DNA of 64,000 nt from Octopus vulgaris. Its lineage: Eukaryota. Below are positions 56,041 through 64,000 of the stretch, in pieces (position 1 is the stretch's first letter; every line of letters begins with the position of its first letter). The stretch lies in the NCBI GenBank assembly GCA_951406725.2, contig OX597831.1:11346001-11410000 (forward strand), given 5' to 3'. The notes under the pieces were generated by a model. It was not told the origin of the DNA, did not search any database, and saw nothing but the letters and a program-made list of their open reading frames with translations. The translations under genes were made by a program, and so were the position numbers.

Positions 56041-56399
56041 CTAGCAGTATCGCCCGGCGTTGCTCAGGTTTGTAAGGGAAATAACTATAAAGCATTTTTA
56101 GAGAGTTATAGCCAAAAAATGGAAAAAAATGATGGTAAATTTTTTTTGAGAGTAAAAAAAGGTGGAGTTGCGTCCCCTAGACGGTTTGTGTTTCTGATTC
56201 TCGACCCCATGTCGAATTTATCGATTTTTTTCAGAACTGGGGGAACTTTTCAAAATTTTCGCTGCGTTAGTTTTGAATTATGACATTGGGCTATGCGTGT
56301 GTCAAGTTTCATCAGAATCGGTTGAAAGCCGTGGTCAGGGTGAGGGTACAAGCAAACAGACACACAGAAACACGCACAGACAAACTGCCGTTTATATAT

Positions 56400-56402
<3 letters not shown>
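56041..56402 (-). mobile_element. Non-autonomous Helitron, copy 3
   Basis: Highly similar to 46490-46867; TC...hairpin-CTAG termini; inserted in (TA)n. Confidence 0.8.
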
Positions 56403-56440
<38 letters not shown>

Positions 56441-56764
56441 CATACAAACATACATAAATACATATATATACATCACAAAATACATATTTAAAAATCTAGT
56501 TGCATGTAAAATTTTTCATTTATAACTCGACATAAATACAAATATTAAAATATTAAAATATATTATGTGTATATGTATACAGATACACATTCATATACAC
56601 ACATATACATACATACATATACAATATTTGATACCTAATCGTTAGTCAGAGAAAATATATTTTGTGTTGCATTTGGCTCTTCGGCATTAATGCTTATGGA
56701 TTATGGATTAGTCTTTATTCGCTCCCTGGTCTATCTTTACGTTCTTTATTCTAAGTGGTTGGAA

Positions 56765-57350
56765 TACATACATACATACATACATACATACATACACATA
56801 CACAGACACGCATACACATATACATACATACATACATACACACACACACATACATCATAGATTCACATACACATGCATGCATACATGCATACATACACAC
56901 ACATACATACATACATACATACACACACACATACACATATACACACATGCATACATACACACACATACATACATACATACATACACACACACATACACAT
57001 ATACACACATGCATACATATACATACATACGCACATACATACATACACACACACCATACTTACACATACATGCACACACACATATATACACACACATACA
57101 CATACATATACACACCATGCATACACATTCATACACATACCATACATACACACATGCCTATATACATACGCATACATATATATATATTTACATATACATA
57201 CATTTACATATAGATATATTTACATATACGCACATATATAAGAGTGTCTATATATGTATGTGTGTATGTGTAGCTTTGAGTGTGTTTGTGTGTGCGTGTG
57301 TGTGCGTGTGTGTGTGTGTACGTGTGTGTGTGTGTGAGTGTGTGTGTGTG
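56765..57350. repeat. Degenerate (CA)n/(TACA)n then (TG)n array
   Basis: Directly visible. Confidence 0.9.
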
Positions 57351-57554
57351 GCACAATCAGAATGGTAAACCGTTAAACGGCGGGTGGGGATGGGGTGGTT
57401 CTGAAATGAAGTAGAAATAAAAATGGAGAAACATCAGCTTGTAACATTGTAGGATATTTAAGATACGGAATATAAAGTCTGGTTACGGAATAAAGACGAA
57501 CAGGTGCGCGGGACCACGATACGTCAATATCATCTGCCAAAGTAAATATTTCTC

Positions 57555-57780
57555 GGCGGCGAGCTGGCAGAAACGTTAGCACGCCGGGCGAAATGCGTAG
57601 CCGTATTTCGTCTGCCGTTACGTTCTGAGTTCAAATTCCGCCGAGGTCGACTTTGCCTTTCATCCTTTCGGGGTCGATAAATTAAGTACCAGTTACGCAC
57701 TGGGGTCGATGTAATGACTTAATCCGTTTGTCTGTCCTTGTTTGTCCCCTTTGTGTTTAGCCCCTTGTGGGTAATAAAAA
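57555..57780 (+). mobile_element. SINE family A (Meta-domain-like), representative near-full copy
   Basis: GGCGGCGAGCTGGCAGAAACGTTAGCACG...GAGTTCAAATTCC (B box)...GCCTTTCATCCTTTCGGGGTCGATAAATTAAGTACC (resembles the MetaSINE/Sauria central domain). Further copies at ~893, 1162, 4853, 54530, 58440 (+) and ~5770, 15900, 30010, 35500, 40820, 42495, 42928, 59450 (-). Confidence 0.8.
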
Positions 57781-58007
57781 AACATATCTCACTGCATTTC
57801 AAAAGAGTTTTTACATATTTTGTTACCATTGTTGTTTTGTCTTTTTTAAGCATTTTGATTGCTTGGTATCCACCGCTCCCTCTGCATAAGCCCCTTTTCT
57901 CCCCCTCTTCCTCCTCCCCCTCACTCTCTAGGTATGTCCCTGCTTGCCCGTATGATCTCGTTTCACACACACGAACACATACGCAAGCATTCATACACTT
58001 ATACACA

Positions 58008-58167
58008 CAGGCGCGGGCGTGGCTGTATGGTAAGCAGCTTGCTTCCCAACCACATGGTTCCGAGTTCGATCCCACTGGCACCTCCGGCAAGTGTCTTCTA
58101 CTATAGCCTCAAGCCGACCAGAGCCTTGTGAATGGATTTGGTAGACGGAAACTGAAAGAAGCCCGTC

Positions 58168-58211
<44 letters not shown>

Positions 58212-58410
58212 GTGTGTGTCTGTGTTTGTACCCCTGCCATCGCTTGTTAGCCGATGCTGGTGTGTTTATGTCCCCGTAACTTAGCAGTTCGGCAAAAGAG
58301 ACCAATAGAATAAATACTAGGCTTACAAAGAATAAGTCCTGGGGTCGATTTGCTCGACTAAAGGTGGAACTCAAACATGGCCGCAGTCAAATGACAAAGA
58401 TATAAAAGAA
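58008..58410 (+). mobile_element. Full-length tRNA-derived SINE family B (internal (TA)n/(TG)n)
   Basis: Head GGCGCGGGCGTGGCTGTATGGTAAG...GAGTTCGATCCC, body GGAAACTGAAAGAAGCCCG, tail CATGGCCGCAGTCAAATGAC; representative of ~12 copies in the window. Confidence 0.8.
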
Positions 58411-58955
58411 TAAAACGATGTAAACACGGAACTTTCAAACTCCTTCGGGGTCGATAAATAAAGTACCAGCTGAGTACTGGGGTTAATCTAATCGACTGCC
58501 CCCATCCCCAAAAATTTTGAGCCTTGTGCCTATAGTAGAAAAGAATATAAACACACGAGCTCAGACTCACACTGCTATCATGATGGAAGCAAGTTCCTAT
58601 GGTTAAGAAGCTGACTTCGCAACTAAGAGGCCCGGGGTACGATCCTTCTGCGTATTACCTTATGTGAGTGTTCCCGCCAATATCTTTGCATTGACGACCA
58701 AAGCCCCGCCACTGAAATTTGGTAATCAGACATTACAGAAACCTGTTGTTAGCAAGCAGACAAACACACACACAAAATACACACAAACGGTACAAAGATA
58801 TTTATGTGTGTGTGTGTGTGTTTACATATATATATATATATATGTGTGTGTGTGTATATGTGTGTGTATTAGCGTTTTTTATTTCAAGTTACGTATATAA
58901 ACAATTTAACAATAAACTATGTGTGTGTATGCATATATATATATATATGTGTATA

Positions 58956-59005
<50 letters not shown>

Positions 59006-60670
59006 CAGAGGTAAATAGATACATACATGCATGCACACACACACACACAAGCACACACAAGCACACGCAAACACACACAATCAAACAAACATCGATTGCC
59101 AAGTAAGGTATTAATTTCTTTTAGACTCAGTTAATGTGGTGTAGTTTCCATGTTGCTGTCTTTGTTGCTGTTACTGTTATTCTTTAGCCCCAGGACGCGC
59201 CTAATCTCGCAGACATGTGATCAAATATTAATGCTGTTGCTACTGTTGTTGTTGTTGTTCAACCCGAGATTAACTTTAGCCACAGATTAACGAAGTTGAT
59301 GTTTGTGTTAAGAGAGGACGATAAACACCAAACGTTAGCAAATAAGCGACAGAGAGGAAGACAGAATAATAAAAAAAAATAGATATAACTGAAGAAGAAG
59401 GAGAGAGTGAGAGAGGGGAGCAGACAGACAGACAGACAGAGTCTGTAATATTTATTGGTTGCAAATTCTAGCAAAAGGTCAGTAATTGTGAGCAAGTCAA
59501 TTATAGCGACCCCAGTGATGGACTGGTACTTATTTTATTGACCCCGAAAGGGATGAAAGGTAAAGTCGACCTCGGCAAAATTTGAACTCAGAGCGTAAAG
59601 ACAGACGAAATGAATCTCCAGCTCGCCGCGTTACCAGAGTCTGTAATATCTATTATGAAGGGCCACGACTGGATTTTTAGAAATGAAATCTGTTCAAAAT
59701 AAGAGAGGAAGTGCTTAAAACTCTTTGAGGTTGTCCAAGACTCGTATCTTTGACATGAGTCTTGGACATGGGGAAAGGAATGGGAACAAATCGTAGATGA
59801 GGAAGGAATTAGGGATCACGATCAGGTATACTTGCAACGTATACCTGATTCCAATTCTGAAGAGAAGCGCTGGAGACTTGCAGACAATGATGACGGATTG
59901 GAATGACTTTTGTCTTTTACTTGTTCCAGTCATGAGACTGTGGTCATTCTGGAGCACCGCCTTGGAGAGCTTTTTTGTCGAATGAATCAATTGCACTACT
60001 TATTATTATTATCTTCAAGCCTCGTACAAATTTATTGGCCTATTTTGCCGAATTGCTAGGTTACGGGGCAGGGGTCAAGCACACACACACACACACGCGC
60101 GCGCGCGCAAACATGAGGATTGCGCAACCCATGAAAGTACTAGTTTATTTCAATATTGTAAAATAAAATTGTAAAGTTGTAAAACTTGCAAATAATAAAA
60201 TGTGAAAATTTGACTAAGCTGGAATATTTCATCACCCATCCTGTGACCTCTGCAATTACTCTCCTTCCCACGTGTCTCCTTCGAAAAACAAATATACAGT
60301 GCGTGTGTTTATTTGGCCAAAATAAAAAAAAATGACTGTTCCCAACTTTAACAATATTTGTTTCAACACACAATTCCACATCACGAATCTTGAAAAAGAA
60401 ATACATAAACGTGTATACCTGTTTGTGTGTGTAAGTGTGTGTAGTTATGTGAGTGGCGTGTATGCTTGAAGGCGCGCTCACGTGCTTGTATGTGTGTGTG
60501 TGTGTGTGTGGTCTGTTTGTTTTCCAATAGAGTACAATCTCTTCACCGTTCAATTCCGTCTCAGTGGATGAGTGAGGAGATTGCTCTGGCTTGCCGCGAG
60601 GAAGATGACTTTTGTCATTCAGTTAGCGACGGTAATTACGGTTGAGAGAGAGAGAGATAGCGAGAAGGGG

Positions 60671-60701
<31 letters not shown>

Positions 60702-60742
60702 ATAGAAATTATATTAAGGAGGGATCTAGATTGAAGATGTGA

Positions 60743-60792
<50 letters not shown>

Positions 60793-60944
60793 ACATGTAT
60801 ATACATGTTTGCATGTATGTACTGACAGACAAACACAATCTGGAGAGTAGATTAAAGTTAATGAGAATGAGGAAGAGAGTGAGAGAGAGTGAAAGAGAGA
60901 GACAGAGAGAGAGAGAAGGTGGTAGATAGAGCTGTGAAGATCGC

Positions 60945-61025
<81 letters not shown>

Positions 61026-61144
61026 TGATACATACATATCCATCCAAATATATACGTATATATCTATACTTACATACACTTTCATAAAATAACAAATTAA
61101 TGTATATACATATTTCTATCTCTCTCTCCTTTCTATGTACGTGT

Positions 61145-61214
<70 letters not shown>

Positions 61215-61469
61215 TATACATGCATGTATGTATGTATGTATGTATGTAGGTAGGTAGGTAGGTAGGTAGGTAGGTTGGTAGGTAGGTAGGTAGGTAGATA
61301 GGTAGATAGGTAGGTAGGTAGATAGATAGGTATGTAGGTAGGTGTGCATTAAATTCTGACAAGCTATTAGTTTCGTTGTATGAGTGTATGTGTGTGTCTC
61401 TGTCTGCCTCTGTGTGTGACTGTGTGTCCCCGTTCACGTATGGATGTGTGTGTGTGTGCTTGTTTGTGT

Positions 61470-61939
61470 GATGTTTGTATTTGGAGTTTGGTCAGGATAA
61501 GTGTTGTTATATGGTTGTGAAAAGTGCGAAAATTCTAAACCAGACTTGTAACATCTCCATTAATTATTTCACTGTTTCCCCTGTATCTGACGAGGAATGT
61601 TACAGGTATCTAGGGGTGGATGATAATAGATCTTACACTGACACCTGTGAGAAAACACCTGTCGCTGAAGAATATTAAAACACAGTGAAGAAAATTTGGA
61701 CCTCAGAACTCTCTGCATTCAATAAAACAGTGGCCCACGATGTGTTTGAAGTGCCAGTACTCATACCAATATTTGGGCTGCTTGATTGGACGCTTGATGA
61801 GATCTGAGCCATTGGTGTGAAAACCCGAAACATACAAACAAGCACACGTAATTTTCACATAAAAAGGCCTCACCTTAAAACAAAAACAAGGCAGCAGAGG
61901 CTTAACATCGAACCCGAATGCCTTTGAAGGTCGCATAGC

Positions 61940-61940
<1 letters not shown>
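61470..61940 (+). mobile_element. Degenerate R4/Dong-like LINE reverse-transcriptase/thumb fragment
   Basis: LEFGQDKC...YRYLG...EEY*NTVKKIWTSELSAFNK...VPVLIPIFGLLDWTLDEI*AIGVKTR...GSRGL with in-frame stops; followed by a long (TAA)n. Confidence 0.7.
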
Positions 61941-62770
<830 letters not shown>

Positions 62771-63114
62771 AAGACCCCCTTCGGTCATGAATGACCATGG
62801 GATTGCACCTAGAAAGTTACCCTCCTAGACACAAGTCCGGGCAATGTTGTTTATGGAAGGCTAGCAGTCGCCCATGCATACCAGCCTCCCCTCTCCACGC
62901 CACCAGTGTTATCCAAGGGAAAGACAAAGGTCGATACAGCTTGGCACCTGTGACGTCGCAACTCATTTCTACAGCTGAGTGAACTGGAGCAACGTGAAAT
63001 AAAGTGCCTTGCTCGAGAACACAACACGCAGCCCAGTCCGGGATTCGAGCTCACAACCTCACGATGATAATAATAATAATAATAATAATCGACGCTCTAA
63101 CCACTGAGCCAATG

Positions 63115-63160
<46 letters not shown>

Positions 63161-63198
63161 TAATAATAGTAGTAATAATAATAGTAATAATAATGATG

Positions 63199-63313
<115 letters not shown>

Positions 63314-63524
63314 TAATAACAATAGAAATTGTATATATATATATATATACATATGAAATGATATACGCATACATACATATGCACCTGTATCTACGCATCC
63401 ATGCACATAAAAATATGTTTGTGCGTTTGTACCTCTGTTGATTTACTGAAGTCAGTCACTGGACTCTGATGGCGATCATTCGCCGCCTGCCACGCTACAA
63501 CCGACAATATTAAACTCACATCTT

Positions 63525-63574
<50 letters not shown>

Positions 63575-64000
63575 TGTATGTATGTATGCATGCATGTATA
63601 TATTCATGCATCTATGTATGTGTATGCATGTATCTATCTATATATATATATATATATATATATGCATATATATAATATAAATAATATATACGTACGTATA
63701 CGTACATACTTACATGTATACGTATATACATATGCATATGTGGGCACAGGACGTCAGAAAACGTAAACAACAAAAACTAGGAAGTACGAGGACGTGGAAT
63801 ATGAACATTTTTTATGTTGCGAGCAACGAAACAATGGAAAACAAGGTAAACAACACTAACAACGGCCCTTCATCAGTTGTCGGCTATTTCTCTAATCCAT
63901 ATTTCGAATATATATCGTAGGACAAGTAGAGAGATATGTCTTTCAACGCGCAAACACTGATTGAACCTCATGGCTGGTTGCCGACAAATTTTTTCTGCTC

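Overview
AT-rich, extremely microsatellite-dense animal genomic DNA. The SINE families and (TA)n/(TAA)n/(GATA)n load strongly resemble an octopus (coleoid cephalopod) genome, which is an inference from repeat content. Only one host protein-coding exon is supportable: a ~3.3 kb first coding exon (minus strand, 34715->31415) of a Tlx/Hox11 (C15/clawless)-type NK homeobox gene, recognised by its eh1 motif, the GVIKVPAHRP motif, a YPWL hexapeptide and a phase-1 GTAAGT donor. I could not find the homeobox exon in the window, so 1-31414 is probably one >31 kb intron and 34716-64000 is 5'/upstream sequence. Most of the rest is mobile DNA: three tRNA-derived SINE families (dozens of copies), R4/Dong-like LINE fragments embedded in (TAA)n, CR1/L2-like and RTE-like LINE remnants, three non-autonomous Helitrons (two fused head-to-tail), and a Penelope-like GIY-YIG fragment. 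About ten related terminal-repeat (pLTR) copies carry a minimal, probably dimer-type hammerhead ribozyme fold with a non-canonical core. There are also several near-perfect fold-back hairpins and candidate enhancer blocks. Nearly all short ORFs in the supplied track are microsatellite translation artefacts. Repeat boundaries were read by eye and are approximate.
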